NCBI GenBank assembly: GCA_009783755.1
Contig: WRCW01000001.1
Location: forward strand, 1-44,200
DNA length: 44,200 nt
Source of the DNA: Spirochaetaceae bacterium
GTDB lineage: Bacteria; Spirochaetota; Spirochaetia; CADAEX01
Reading direction: 5' to 3'
The notes under the pieces were generated by a model. That model was not told the DNA's origin and made no database searches. It was given only the letters and a program-made list of their open reading frames with translations. This document shows, in pieces, positions 1 to 9,043 of the stretch. The first letter of the stretch is position 1, and each line of letters starts with the position of its first letter. A program made the translations under genes and the position numbers.

Positions 1-1296
1 GGAATACTTAAATCCATTTCCCCAAAGGGAGATTATAAAGTAACAGATACTATTGCAGTTATTGAAACCAAAGATGGTGATAAAAATATTACAATGGTGC
101 AGAATTGGCATATCAGAAAACCAAGACCAGTGAAGGAAAGATTGCCTCTTAATATTCCTCTTGTTACAGGGCAAAGAGTAATAGATACACTTTTCCCAAT
201 TGCTAAAGGGGGAACAGTAGCGATTCCCGGTGGATTTGGTACTGGAAAAACAATGACTCAACATGCTGTAGCAAAATGGTGCGATGCTGATATTATTGTT
301 TACATAGGATGCGGAGAGCGGGGAAATGAGATGACAGATGTTCTAAAGGAATTTCCGGAACTTATTGACCCAAGATCCGGGAAAAGTCTTATGGAACGAA
401 CAGTTCTTATTGCAAACACATCCAATATGCCTGTATCTGCAAGAGAGGCAAGCATATACACAGGTGTAACTCTTGCAGAATACTTTAGAGATATGGGATA
501 TCATGTTGCAGTTATGGCAGACTCTACATCAAGATGGGCAGAAGCTTTAAGAGAGCTCTCCGGCCGTATGGAAGAGATGCCTGCTGAGGAAGGATTCCCT
601 GCTTATCTTCCAACAAGAATTGCAGAATTCTATGAAAGGGCAGGTTATATGAAAACCCTTAGCGGGAAGGTTGGTTCTGTAACTCTTATTGGCGCAGTAT
701 CTCCTCCTGGCGGTGACTTTTCAGAGCCTGTTACACAGCATACAAAGCGGTTCGTAAGATGTTTCTGGGGACTCGACAGACAGCTTGCAAATGCGCGTCA
801 TTATCCTGCCATATCTTGGCTGGATAGCTACACTGAATATCTGTACGATGTTATTCCATGGTGGGAACAGAATGCAGGTCCAACATGGTCAGAGGACAGA
901 GCCAGTATTATGGAACTGCTGCAGAAGGAAGTAAGACTCCAGCAAGTTGTAAAACTGGTTGGTCCGGATGCTCTTCCAGACAGTCAGAAATTTATTATTG
1001 AAGTTTGTACTCTGTTTAAAAATGCATTTTTACAGCAGAACGCATTTGATAATATTGATAGATACTCCTCTATTGAAAAGCAGATGAAAATGCTTCAGGT
1101 AATTCTTACATATTACAAGCGCGGAGCAGAATCAATAAAAAGAGGTATAACACTTGTTAAACTAAAACAGATGAGTGTTTATCAGGATATTATAAAAATG
1201 AAATTTAATGTACCAAACGAAGATCTTAAGCTTCTTGATAAGCTAATGGCAAAGCTTGAGCGCTCTATGGATCAATTGGAGTCGGTGTATGTCTAA
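1..1296 (+). CDS. atpA: V-type ATP synthase catalytic subunit A (5'-truncated by window edge)
   Basis: Frame 1 is open from base 1 ([14 protein letters not shown]...), so the gene starts upstream of the window. Walker A GGFGTGKT and [11 protein letters not shown] are present, and the flanking conservation is typical of A/V-type subunit A. Stop TAA at 1294-1296. Confidence 0.95.
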   Translation, partial: GILKSISPKGDYKVTDTIAVIETKDGDKNITMVQNWHIRKPRPVKERLPLNIPLVTGQRVIDTLFPIAKGGTVAIPGGFGTGKTMTQHAVAKWCDADIIVYIGCGERGNEMTDVLKEFPELIDPRSGKSLMERTVLIANTSNMPVSAREASIYTGVTLAEYFRDMGYHVAVMADSTSRWAEALRELSGRMEEMPAEEGFPAYLPTRIAEFYERAGYMKTLSGKVGSVTLIGAVSPPGGDFSEPVTQHTKRFVRCFWGLDRQLANARHYPAISWLDSYTEYLYDVIPWWEQNAGPTWSEDRASIMELLQKEVRLQQVVKLVGPDALPDSQKFIIEVCTLFKNAFLQQNAFDNIDRYSSIEKQMKMLQVILTYYKRGAESIKRGITLVKLKQMSVYQDIIKMKFNVPNEDLKLLDKLMAKLERSMDQLESVYV

Positions 1297-2701
1297 AATT
1301 GATATGGGTGAAAAACAGAAAAAACTAAAAGCAGGACTTGAATATATTGGCGTTGACAGAATAGATGGTCCTCTTGTATTTATAAAAAAAACACACTCGG
1401 TTGGTTATCGTGAGCTTGTTCAATGCATAGACCCTAATGGGAATACAAGGCTTGGACTGGTTCTTGACACTTCAAAAGATATTGTCTGTGTTCAGGTTTT
1501 TGAAGGTACTTCTGGGCTCACAATGCCTGATACTCATATCCGCTTTATGGGTGAACCTCTTAAATTTGGGGTAAGCGAAAAAATGCTTGGAAGAGTCTTT
1601 AATGGACTTGGGCAGCCTATAGACGATGGCCCCATGCCTGTTGCAGAAGCAGAGCTTGATGTTAACGGGATGGCAATAAATCCAACAGCGCGCGAGTATC
1701 CAAGGGACTTTATACAAACAGGTATCTCTGTAATAGATGGGATGAATACATTAATAAGGGGACAGAAGCTTCCGATATTTTCAGGTAACGGTCTTCCTCA
1801 TAATGAACTTGCTGCGCAAATTGCAAGACAGGCAAAAATAAAAGGGAGCAAGACAAACTTTGCGGTTGTTTTTGCTGCAATGGGTGTAAAGAATGATGTT
1901 GCAAGATTTTTCGTAAAATCTTTTGAAGAAACAGGAGTTCTTGATAATGTAGCTTTGTTTTTATCCTTGGCTGATGACCCTTCAATTGAAAGAACGATAA
2001 CACCTCGAACAGCTCTTACTCTTGCAGAGCATCTGGCATTTAACAAAAATATGCACGTGCTTGTAATAATGACAGATGTTTCAAACTATTGCGAATCTTT
2101 AAGAGAGATCTCAACGATCAGAGGAGAAATTCCTTCAAGAAAAGGTTATCCAGGATATCTTTATTCTGACCTTGCAGAGCTCTATGAAAGATCCGGAATG
2201 ATAAAAGGGTTTAGCGGATCAATAACACAGCTTCCTATTCTTACAATGCCTAATGATGATATATCCCATCCAATTCCTGACCTTACAGGATATATAACAG
2301 AAGGGCAGATAGTTTTTGAAAGAGAAATGTATAGCAGGAATATATATCCTCCTGTAGCTGGTCTTCCTTCTCTTTCGAGGCTTATGAAAGATGGAATCGG
2401 CGATGGGATGACAAGGGAAGATCACCCGCATCTTGCGAGCCAGCTTTTTGCAGCATATAGTTATGTAAAAGATGTAAGAAACCTTGCTTCAGTTATTGGA
2501 GAAGAAGAGCTTACTCCTCTTGATCATCAGTATATGGAATTTGGAGAAACATTTGAAAGAGCGTTTGTCTCTCAAAAAATGAATGAAGATAGAACAATTG
2601 AAGAGACACTTGATATAGGCTGGAGATGCCTTAATATCCTTCCTCGCGAAGAACTCCATAGAGTTACAGATGAGGAAATTGAAAAATATTACGGAAGATA
2701 A
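1289..2701 (+). CDS. atpB: V-type ATP synthase subunit B
   Basis: Typical non-catalytic B-subunit sequence ([47 protein letters not shown]). The ATG at 1289 overlaps the subunit A stop, so I prefer it to the track start at 1256. The ATG at 1304 is an alternative. Confidence 0.92.
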   Translation: MSKIDMGEKQKKLKAGLEYIGVDRIDGPLVFIKKTHSVGYRELVQCIDPNGNTRLGLVLDTSKDIVCVQVFEGTSGLTMPDTHIRFMGEPLKFGVSEKMLGRVFNGLGQPIDDGPMPVAEAELDVNGMAINPTAREYPRDFIQTGISVIDGMNTLIRGQKLPIFSGNGLPHNELAAQIARQAKIKGSKTNFAVVFAAMGVKNDVARFFVKSFEETGVLDNVALFLSLADDPSIERTITPRTALTLAEHLAFNKNMHVLVIMTDVSNYCESLREISTIRGEIPSRKGYPGYLYSDLAELYERSGMIKGFSGSITQLPILTMPNDDISHPIPDLTGYITEGQIVFEREMYSRNIYPPVAGLPSLSRLMKDGIGDGMTREDHPHLASQLFAAYSYVKDVRNLASVIGEEELTPLDHQYMEFGETFERAFVSQKMNEDRTIEETLDIGWRCLNILPREELHRVTDEEIEKYYGR

Positions 2702-3333
2702 TGAGAAACGTAGCGCCTACAAAAACTAATATGCTTTTTCTCAAAAACGAGCTTAAGTTTGCAAAACTTGGCTATGAGCTTCTTGATCAGAAGAGAAATA
2801 TTCTGGTTATAGAGCTTTTAAACCTGGTTGAGCAAGCTGTAGATCATGAGGAGAGAGTTGAAAAAGCATTATCAGAAGCTTACAGCACTCTTGAATATGC
2901 AGCGATCGATATGGGTAGGCTTAAACTTTATCAGGTTGCAAGTGCAGTCGATATCGAAAGCAAGGTTAAGATATCTCAGAGAAAAATAATGGGAGTTCCG
3001 CTGCCTGTAGTAGATACAACTTTTGAAGATTATCCCCCTTATTACAGCCCTATGGGGACCAGTTTTTGGGTAGATAGTTCGTTAAATGAATTTAAAGCTG
3101 TAGTTCAGATAATGGGGAAATTGGCTGAACTTAAAATATCTATTATGAGATTGGCAAGGGAAGTTAAAAAAACTATTAGAAAAGTTAATGCTCTTGAAAA
3201 AATTGCTATACCAGATCTTCGGGAGACTGTAAAATATATAGAAAACAGGCTTGAAGAAAATGAACGAGATATGATCATCCTTCTTAAAATGATCAAAACA
3301 CGGCTGGAAAAGAAAAAGCTTGAAAGTCAGTAG
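2701..3333 (+). CDS. atpD: V-type ATP synthase subunit D
   Basis: 210-aa coiled-coil protein beginning [28 protein letters not shown], as in V/A-type D subunits. Its ATG overlaps the B stop (TAATG), and the gene order is A-B-D. Confidence 0.9.
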   Translation: MRNVAPTKTNMLFLKNELKFAKLGYELLDQKRNILVIELLNLVEQAVDHEERVEKALSEAYSTLEYAAIDMGRLKLYQVASAVDIESKVKISQRKIMGVPLPVVDTTFEDYPPYYSPMGTSFWVDSSLNEFKAVVQIMGKLAELKISIMRLAREVKKTIRKVNALEKIAIPDLRETVKYIENRLEENERDMIILLKMIKTRLEKKKLESQ

Positions 3334-3371
3334 CTTGTAAATTGATTGATATTTAAATTCAGGAGAATTTA

Positions 3372-3860
3372 ATGGGTGGACCTATAAAGAAAATAATGGT
3401 TTATGTTGATGGATCCGAAGGATCGGTCATTGCTGCCCAATATGGAATATGTCTTGCAAGGATTACCGGGGCAGAATTTCATGTTTTATATGTTGTAAAT
3501 ACAAGGGCACTTAATGATCTTTTAACTGCCAGAATATTTATAAAAGAAGAAGAGGAAGAGTATAAAAAAGATCTTGAGTCAGATGCTGATAGATACTTAA
3601 ATCATGTTAAGCATTTAGCTTCTAACAAAGGAATACCTGCTATAATGCTAAAATCCAGTGGAAGTATTAATGTAGAAATAAAAAATTTTGTAAAAGAATA
3701 TGATATTGATCTTTTAATAGTTGGAGAGCTTTCAAAAATTCAAAGCAGACGCGATGAGCTTTATAATGAATCTGAAAGGGCGATGAGAAGCGTAACCTGT
3801 TCTGTTCTGATTGTAAAAGACGAAGAGAGGGTTTTAGAGCTTTACAATCAGTTCGTATAA
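3372..3860 (+). CDS. universal stress protein (UspA family)
   Basis: 162 aa. Starts IMVYVDGSEGS, ends LLIVGE...SVTCSVLIVK, the typical USP fold signature. SD AGGAG lies 6 nt upstream. Confidence 0.85.
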   Translation: MGGPIKKIMVYVDGSEGSVIAAQYGICLARITGAEFHVLYVVNTRALNDLLTARIFIKEEEEEYKKDLESDADRYLNHVKHLASNKGIPAIMLKSSGSINVEIKNFVKEYDIDLLIVGELSKIQSRRDELYNESERAMRSVTCSVLIVKDEERVLELYNQFV

Positions 3861-3888
3861 TATATATAATATTGAAGGATGGAATAAA

Positions 3889-4338
3889 ATGGCTATAATA
3901 GATTTGATAGCAACAAATGTTGTTAGAGTACCTTTAAAATCAAAAACAAAAACCGAAGTAATCAGAGAGCTTATTGATATCCTTGATAAGACAGGGAAAC
4001 TAAGCGATGCAGAAAGCGCTTTTAAGGCTGTTCTTTCCAGGGAAAACATGGGAAGCACTGGACTTGAAAAAGGGATTGCTGTTCCGCACGCAAAAACAGA
4101 CAAGGTGAAAAATCTTACACTTGCAATAGGTATAGCTCCGGAAGGTGTTGATTTTGATTCTCTTGATGGCGAAACATCGAAGCTTTTTTTCCTTCTTCTC
4201 GCGCAACCAAGTCAATCAGGTCCGCATATCGAAGCTCTTGCTGAAATTGCAAGAATTACAAGATCACAGAGTTTTTGTCGCCTGCTTGTAAATGCTAAAA
4301 CCCCGGAAGAAGTTGTAGAACTCTTTAAGGAAGAATAG
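3889..4338 (+). CDS. PTS EIIA component, fructose/nitrogen-regulatory (PtsN-like) type
   Basis: 149 aa. Carries the EIIA-2 signature around the phospho-His (GSTGLEKGIAVPHAKTD) and the FFLLLAQP segment. No EIIB/EIIC genes are nearby, which suggests a regulatory EIIA. Confidence 0.85.
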   Translation: MAIIDLIATNVVRVPLKSKTKTEVIRELIDILDKTGKLSDAESAFKAVLSRENMGSTGLEKGIAVPHAKTDKVKNLTLAIGIAPEGVDFDSLDGETSKLFFLLLAQPSQSGPHIEALAEIARITRSQSFCRLLVNAKTPEEVVELFKEE

Positions 4339-4556
4339 GCGAAGCCGTATCCCGAAGGTTTAAGCTGTCATTCCGTTGTAAAACGGAATCTTTTGTTCCA
4401 TAGAGTCATTCGGGATAGCGAAGAATTCATATCCCACGCTTCGGCACGGATGCCGATGTTATGGTTGCGTGGGGTAGCGAAGCCGTCCCAAATAAATTTA
4501 TGAAATGAAAGTGAAACTTTAGATAAATCTTTGGGATACAGCTTTGCTTATATCCC
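4336..4556. repeat. cluster of four related ~19-24-nt palindrome-ended repeat units (REP-like)
   Basis: The four units are TAGGCGAAGCCGTATCCC (4336-4353), GGGATAGCGAAGAATTCATATCCC (4412-4435), GGGGTAGCGAAGCCGTCCC (4471-4489) and GGGATACAGCTTTGCTTATATCCC (4533-4556). The last is best read as an inverted copy. Two units are GGGATA-N12-TATCCC hairpins. The region is visibly more G+C-rich than its flanks. Confidence 0.55.
4370..4397 (+). terminator. rho-independent terminator candidate after the EIIA gene
   Basis: Perfect 8-bp stem ATTCCGTT (4370-4377) / AACGGAAT (4382-4389) with a GTAA loop, followed by CTTTTGTT. Confidence 0.6.
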
Positions 4557-4610
4557 GGAGATCGAAATATTTGCCGACCTTAGAGTCTGATGTGGTTCGA
4601 TCATGTTTTG

Positions 4611-5204
4611 TTATAAAATTCTTTTTTCAATTTCGCTTTTGATTTTTACGAGAACTTCTCTGTATTGCTGATCAAGCTGATTTGTTACTTTATGAAGATA
4701 CTCTTTATATTCAGGATCATTTTCCGGTTTAAGAGTTACCTTTGCTCCCAGCTGTTTTGAAAGCACTTCTTCTTTCTCTTTGAGTTTTTGTTCAAAATTA
4801 TTATTTAAGCTTTCTATTACTGAATTTTTATGCTGCAAATATTGTTTAAATACCTGTTCAATTTGAGAGAAAAGGTAAACAATATCTTTTTTATCTTCAA
4901 GAATTGCAGAAAAGCCATCTCTGATTTTATTTATTTTTTCAAATGATGATTCATCTTCGGGAAGTTTTAAATTACTTATAAGAACTTTGGAGATCCCTTC
5001 TTTTAGCCATTGTTGCTTTTCTTTATTGTTTCCTTTTATTATTTTCTCAAGAGAGTCTTCTTTTATACTATTTTTTTCCATGAACTCAAAAGCTGCTTTT
5101 CTGCCTTCATCAATGGTGTTGTTTTTTTCAATAAGTTTTTTATCACTCTGAACATTGTTAGTTCTTTCAAGTGCAAGTTCTAGTGCAGATTTTATTTCTC
5201 CCAT
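4611..5204 (-). CDS. hypothetical coiled-coil protein (K/E-rich, 197 aa)
   Basis: Clean ORF with SD AGGAG 6 nt upstream. Its RBS abuts the stop of the upstream EamA gene, which implies co-transcription. I recognise no family. Confidence 0.7.
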   Translation of the reverse strand: MGEIKSALELALERTNNVQSDKKLIEKNNTIDEGRKAAFEFMEKNSIKEDSLEKIIKGNNKEKQQWLKEGISKVLISNLKLPEDESSFEKINKIRDGFSAILEDKKDIVYLFSQIEQVFKQYLQHKNSVIESLNNNFEQKLKEKEEVLSKQLGAKVTLKPENDPEYKEYLHKVTNQLDQQYREVLVKIKSEIEKRIL

Positions 5205-5216
5205 TCTTTACTCCTT

Positions 5217-6065
5217 CTAACCCAGTTTAATAAGTATAAGCCCTGCTGTTATAGATGCAATACCAATTATCTTAAATAGTGTAGGTTTTTCTTTAAGAAA
5301 TATAAACCCCATTATGGATGCAATTACAATAGAAGATTCTCTTACAGAAAATATATAACTTGCCCTTTCAAAACGCATTGCAAATAAAATGATCAGATAT
5401 GTTCCTGTTGAACCAATTCCTATTATTAAAGTTTCTTTAAAATATTTTTTGATTATTTTAATTGATTCAGAAAAGCCATTTTTATTTGCTGCTCTTGCAA
5501 GAGCAACTGTGGCAATCAGGTCTACAAGACTTATGTATACTATGGGGTGCATATGCTGTACTCCTATTTTATCTGTAACAGCATACATAACTATAAAAAC
5601 ACCTGTCAGAACAGCAAAAAAGTAGGGTTTGATACTCCTGCCTTTATTTTTTATTTTACTTAAACTGATTAATAAAATACCAAGACATACGATTGAGATT
5701 CCATAAGCAGCGAAAGGAGAAATTGTTTCTTTTAGAAAAAAATAAGAAACAAGAGCAGTGCCAATAACACCTGTGCCTCTTGCAATTGGATAGATGCTTG
5801 AGATATCTTCTTTTGAATAAGTATAAAGTATACAGAAATAATAAGAGCCATGAACTATTGCTGAAATTATTATGGGAGGCCAATATATAGAACCTGTCCC
5901 ATTTGTTATAAAAAAATAGGTTGTATAAATAAGCAGTATGGAATTTACAAAGAAAAGACCATACCAAAAAACTGTAAAATTACCGGAAACTTTTTTTGAG
6001 AAGTAATTCCATGAGGCATGTGTGAAAGCTGCAAAAAGGACAAGAGAAAAGACTAATGTATCCAT
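5217..6065 (-). CDS. EamA/DMT-superfamily transporter, paralog 2
   Basis: About 10 predicted TM segments and a two-EamA-repeat architecture. Start chosen at MDTLVFSLVLF (M12 of the track ORF) because paralog 1 starts at the identical sequence. Confidence 0.85.
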   Translation of the reverse strand: MDTLVFSLVLFAAFTHASWNYFSKKVSGNFTVFWYGLFFVNSILLIYTTYFFITNGTGSIYWPPIIISAIVHGSYYFCILYTYSKEDISSIYPIARGTGVIGTALVSYFFLKETISPFAAYGISIVCLGILLISLSKIKNKGRSIKPYFFAVLTGVFIVMYAVTDKIGVQHMHPIVYISLVDLIATVALARAANKNGFSESIKIIKKYFKETLIIGIGSTGTYLIILFAMRFERASYIFSVRESSIVIASIMGFIFLKEKPTLFKIIGIASITAGLILIKLG

Positions 6066-6139
6066 GGTCGAACTGCCGCCTAAAATAATATGAATCATTA
6101 TATCACTATATGTAAACCCATGTCATCCCACCATTCGAG

Positions 6140-6356
6140 ATATGCACCATGGTCATTAAAAGAGAAGTTTAGTAAGCAGACGTTGCCTGCATCCGCACTG
6201 CTTAATTCCCAGCGCTGTCTGCCAATACTTTGTCTCTTTACCATTACCACACATTATTAATTATGGATTATAGCCTATCGCCACTCTGCTCACTTAGTCC
6301 TCGCTTTGCTGCGGAATCGTTCGCAGTTTGGCTTTCGGCTCTATCCTGCTATTGTC
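6140..6356 (-). ncRNA. candidate unclassified structured RNA (strand tentative)
   Basis: G+C-rich island in an AT-rich genome with no ORF of 60 aa or more. Nested helices: 6149-6153+6159-6165 with 6233-6244; 6176-6181 with 6217-6222; 6195-6200 with 6210-6215; 6309-6313 with 6322-6326; 6265-6275 with 6337-6346; 6280-6283 with 6329-6332. One pair is G-U on the minus strand but A-C on the plus strand. No match to any RNA family consensus I know. Confidence 0.3.
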
Positions 6357-6384
6357 TGTAGTAATGATGAATATACAGTTTCGG

Positions 6385-7233
6385 TTACCCCATTTTAATC
6401 AATACAAGCCCTGCTGTTATAGATACAATACCAATTATCTTGAATAGAGTAGGTTTCTCTTTAAGAAATATAAATCCCATTATTGATGCAATTACAATAG
6501 AAAATTCTCTTACAGGAACTATATAACTTGCCCGTTCGAAACGCATTGCAAATAAAATAATCAGATATGTTCCTGTTGAACCAAATCCTATTATTAAAGT
6601 TTCTTTAAAATGTTTTTTAAGTATTTTAATTGATTCAGAAAAACCATTCCTGTTAGCCATCAGTGTAAGTGGAGCCAATGCCATAATATTTACAATACTT
6701 AGGTATGCCACAGGATGCATATGTTGTACTCCTACTTTATCTGCAATAGCATATATAAATATAAAAACACCAGTCAGAATAGCAATGAAATAAGATTTTA
6801 AATTGTTATCCTGATTCTTTAATTTTCCTAAACTAATCAATAAAATACCAATACATACGGTTAATATCCCAAAAGCAGCAGAAGCAGAGATTGCTTCTTT
6901 AAGCAAAAAATAAGAAAGAACAGCAGTACCAATAACACCAGTGCCTCGTGTAACAGGAAAAGCGCTTGAAATATCTTCTTTAGAATAGACATAAAGCATG
7001 CTGATAAAATAAAAAGAATGCGCTATTACTGAAATTATTACAGGAGTCCAGTTTATAAAATGTATCCCTTTTGTCATAAATAGATAGATTGTATAAATAA
7101 ATAAAATTAAATTTGTAGATAAATGACCATACCAAAAAATTGTAAAATTGCCGGAAACTTTTTTTGAAAAATAATTCCAAAACGCATGTGTGAAAGCTGC
7201 AAAAAGAACTAGTGAGAAAACTAATGTATCCAT
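6385..7233 (-). CDS. EamA/DMT-superfamily transporter, paralog 1
   Basis: 282 aa and collinear with paralog 2. The N-terminal ~30 aa and C-terminal ~90 aa are nearly identical between the two; the middle has diverged. Confidence 0.88.
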   Translation of the reverse strand: MDTLVFSLVLFAAFTHAFWNYFSKKVSGNFTIFWYGHLSTNLILFIYTIYLFMTKGIHFINWTPVIISVIAHSFYFISMLYVYSKEDISSAFPVTRGTGVIGTAVLSYFLLKEAISASAAFGILTVCIGILLISLGKLKNQDNNLKSYFIAILTGVFIFIYAIADKVGVQHMHPVAYLSIVNIMALAPLTLMANRNGFSESIKILKKHFKETLIIGFGSTGTYLIILFAMRFERASYIVPVREFSIVIASIMGFIFLKEKPTLFKIIGIVSITAGLVLIKMG

Positions 7234-7303
7234 GATTCAAGTGCCACCTAAAATAGGAAGATGGAATAACTATATCATTTTTAGATAAAAAAGTCTGCTC
7301 CAG

Positions 7304-8098
7304 TTATTTGCAAAATAAAAATTGTCTTTCTAAAATATTGTAAAATTCCTGCAAATCATTAAAAGTCTGGAAGTAGGGCTGCTCGATGCTATCAATATCT
7401 TTTTGCGATGTAATTCCTGTTAGAACAAGGCAAGCTGTAAAGTCGTTGTTTTTGGCAAAAAGCATATCAGTGTCTATTCTGTCACCAATAACAAACACCT
7501 GATCTGAACCAAATATCTCACGAAAATAGTTTCCGGCATATTCAGAAGGTTTTCCCATATTCAAAGGTTTTTGCTTTGAAGCATATTCCAGAAAAGCTGA
7601 TATAGCGCCGGTATGCGGTACTGTATATTTTCCAGAAGGTATTGTTTCATCCAGATTGGTTGTTATAAATATTGCCCCACTTTGGATATGCCAAAGAGCG
7701 CGTGTAAGTTCATCATATGTAAAATCAGTACAAAATCCTACCAATACATAGTCAGCAGAGCAGTCTGTACCATTTGCCAAACTTACATTTTGCATCTGTA
7801 AATATTCCTTAAAAGAGTTGCTGCCTATTACATATACAAGCGCTTGTTTATCCATGCTTTGAATATATCTCTGTGCAATGCAACCGGATGTGATGATATT
7901 GCTCTCCTGTACTTCCAATCCCATCTTTTTCAATTTTATACCCAATCCTTTAGGTACATTCTTTGAGCAATTGGTGAAAAATTTATAATTGATGTTGTTT
8001 TTATTTAATATATCAATGAAAGACTTTGCATGATCCAGCAGTTGATCGCCGCGATAAATTGTACCATCCAAATCAATGATAATGTTAGTTTTGCTCAC
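7304..8098 (-). CDS. HAD-superfamily subfamily IIA hydrolase (NagD-like sugar/nucleotide phosphatase)
   Basis: DLDGT motif (IIIDLDGTIYRG) and VIGDRIDTD motif IV. Start reassigned to the GTG at 8096-8098, which is preceded by GGAGGAGG. The longer track ORF would overlap the rpiR 3' end and adds a Cys/Arg-rich, non-HAD N-terminus. Confidence 0.85.
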   Translation of the reverse strand: MSKTNIIIDLDGTIYRGDQLLDHAKSFIDILNKNNINYKFFTNCSKNVPKGLGIKLKKMGLEVQESNIITSGCIAQRYIQSMDKQALVYVIGSNSFKEYLQMQNVSLANGTDCSADYVLVGFCTDFTYDELTRALWHIQSGAIFITTNLDETIPSGKYTVPHTGAISAFLEYASKQKPLNMGKPSEYAGNYFREIFGSDQVFVIGDRIDTDMLFAKNNDFTACLVLTGITSQKDIDSIEQPYFQTFNDLQEFYNILERQFLFCK

Positions 8099-8114
8099 TG
8101 GGAAATTCCTCCTC

Positions 8115-8957
8115 CTACAACCTGGTCTCTTCGAGCATCTTGTGCAGATCTTCCTGTTTTTCTGGAGTTGTTCTCTTGGCTGCGAGACAGTTGTAGATAC
8201 CATCGAGCATAACTTTTTGTGCTACAGTGTTAGAGTAAGACTCTCCAAGAGTTTTAGTTTCATTTGAAATACACAAAATAGAACAGTCTGCAGTTTTACT
8301 TATTGGACTATCTTTAAAGCCGGTCAGGCATATTGTTTTTGCACCTCTTTGTTTTGCAATTTCCAGAGCGCGTAATGGGTCCTTGCTTCTTCCTGTATAA
8401 GATATTGCAAAAGCTACACTGTATTTGTCCAGAAAATTAGCAGAAGTTCTCATGATATGAGGATCTGTAGCAAAAAAGCAGGGATAACCAATTCTCATGA
8501 TTCGATAGTAACAGTCATGTACAAGCATTGAGGATGAACCCATGCCGTAAAAATCAATACGCCGCGCTTTATGAAGCCAGCCAACAGCTCGGGAAAGAGA
8601 GTCAATATCTATCGCATCTACGCTGTCATTAATAGCTTTTATAGAAATATAAGCGGTCTTTCTCATTATGTCTTTTATTGAATCTTTTTTATGCACAGAA
8701 TGCTTTTCTAAAACATTCTGTTGTTCCATATTTTTTGCAATGTTTATTTTAAAATCAGAATATTCCTTAAAACCTAATAGCTGGAAAAAACGTACTACAC
8801 TGGATTGTGCTATGTTGGCTTTTTCTGCTAAATCTTTTATATCCATTTTTATAAAAGAATTTAAATCGCTTAGTATTATTTCCGTCAGTACCCTTTGAAC
8901 CCCTTTTAAGCTTTCAAAGCGGTTTCGTAATAATATTATGGCATTGTTTTCTTCCAT
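8115..8957 (-). CDS. MurR/RpiR-family transcriptional regulator (HTH + SIS domain)
   Basis: N-terminal HTH_6 (IKDLAEKANIAQSSVVRFFQLLGF) and a C-terminal SIS sugar-phosphate-binding domain (IDFYGMGSS). Start set at MEENN (8957) with AAGGAG 7 nt upstream; the ATG at 8984 is possible. Confidence 0.88.
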   Translation of the reverse strand: MEENNAIILLRNRFESLKGVQRVLTEIILSDLNSFIKMDIKDLAEKANIAQSSVVRFFQLLGFKEYSDFKINIAKNMEQQNVLEKHSVHKKDSIKDIMRKTAYISIKAINDSVDAIDIDSLSRAVGWLHKARRIDFYGMGSSSMLVHDCYYRIMRIGYPCFFATDPHIMRTSANFLDKYSVAFAISYTGRSKDPLRALEIAKQRGAKTICLTGFKDSPISKTADCSILCISNETKTLGESYSNTVAQKVMLDGIYNCLAAKRTTPEKQEDLHKMLEETRL

Positions 8958-9043
8958 AGCCATGCTCCTTTCCATGAGATGCATTTTCTGTTTTTATGAT
9001 AGTAGTAAAGTCAAACAATTTCAAGGATTTTTCAGAAAAAATA

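Noticed and set aside
1256-1288. Longer start for V-ATPase subunit B at 1256
   Set aside because: It lies inside the subunit A coding end. The ATG at 1289 gives the usual stop/start overlap and a normal N-terminus.
3834-4215. Minus-strand ORFs of 89 and 71 aa opposite the USP/EIIA genes
   Set aside because: They overlap well-supported plus-strand genes and have no SD or recognisable motifs.
4339-4503. The frame stays open for 54 codons after the EIIA TAG stop (possible stop-codon read-through extension)
   Set aside because: The extension is made of the G+C-rich repeat units, where stops are rare by composition. It has no protein-like features, and the EIIA domain is complete at the TAG.
4336-4560. 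Possible mini-CRISPR array (four repeats spaced about 58-78 nt apart)
   Set aside because: The repeat units differ in length and sequence and one is inverted. Spacing is irregular, and there are no cas genes or leader in the window. It fits a REP-like palindromic repeat cluster better.
6120-6260. 46-codon plus-strand ORF (MSSHHSRYAPW...) inside the G+C-rich spacer
   Set aside because: No SD and no recognisable motif. It lies opposite the surrounding operon, and an open frame of this size is expected by chance in G+C-richer sequence.
6099-6384. Assignment of the G+C-rich spacer to a known RNA family (T-box, TPP, purine, fluoride, guanidine, c-di-GMP riboswitches, tmRNA, SRP RNA, 6S, RNase P)
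   Set aside because: I compared it with the consensus cores I remember and found no convincing match. The only hits were fragments such as GGUGGGAUGA versus the T-box, or a GGAA loop followed by AAGCAG versus SRP helix 8. It is therefore left unclassified rather than named.
8099-8203. 35-codon N-terminal extension of the HAD ORF
   Set aside because: It overlaps the 3' end of the rpiR gene, is Cys/Arg-rich and unlike HAD proteins. A GTG with an excellent GGAGGAGG SD sits exactly where the HAD motif I region begins.
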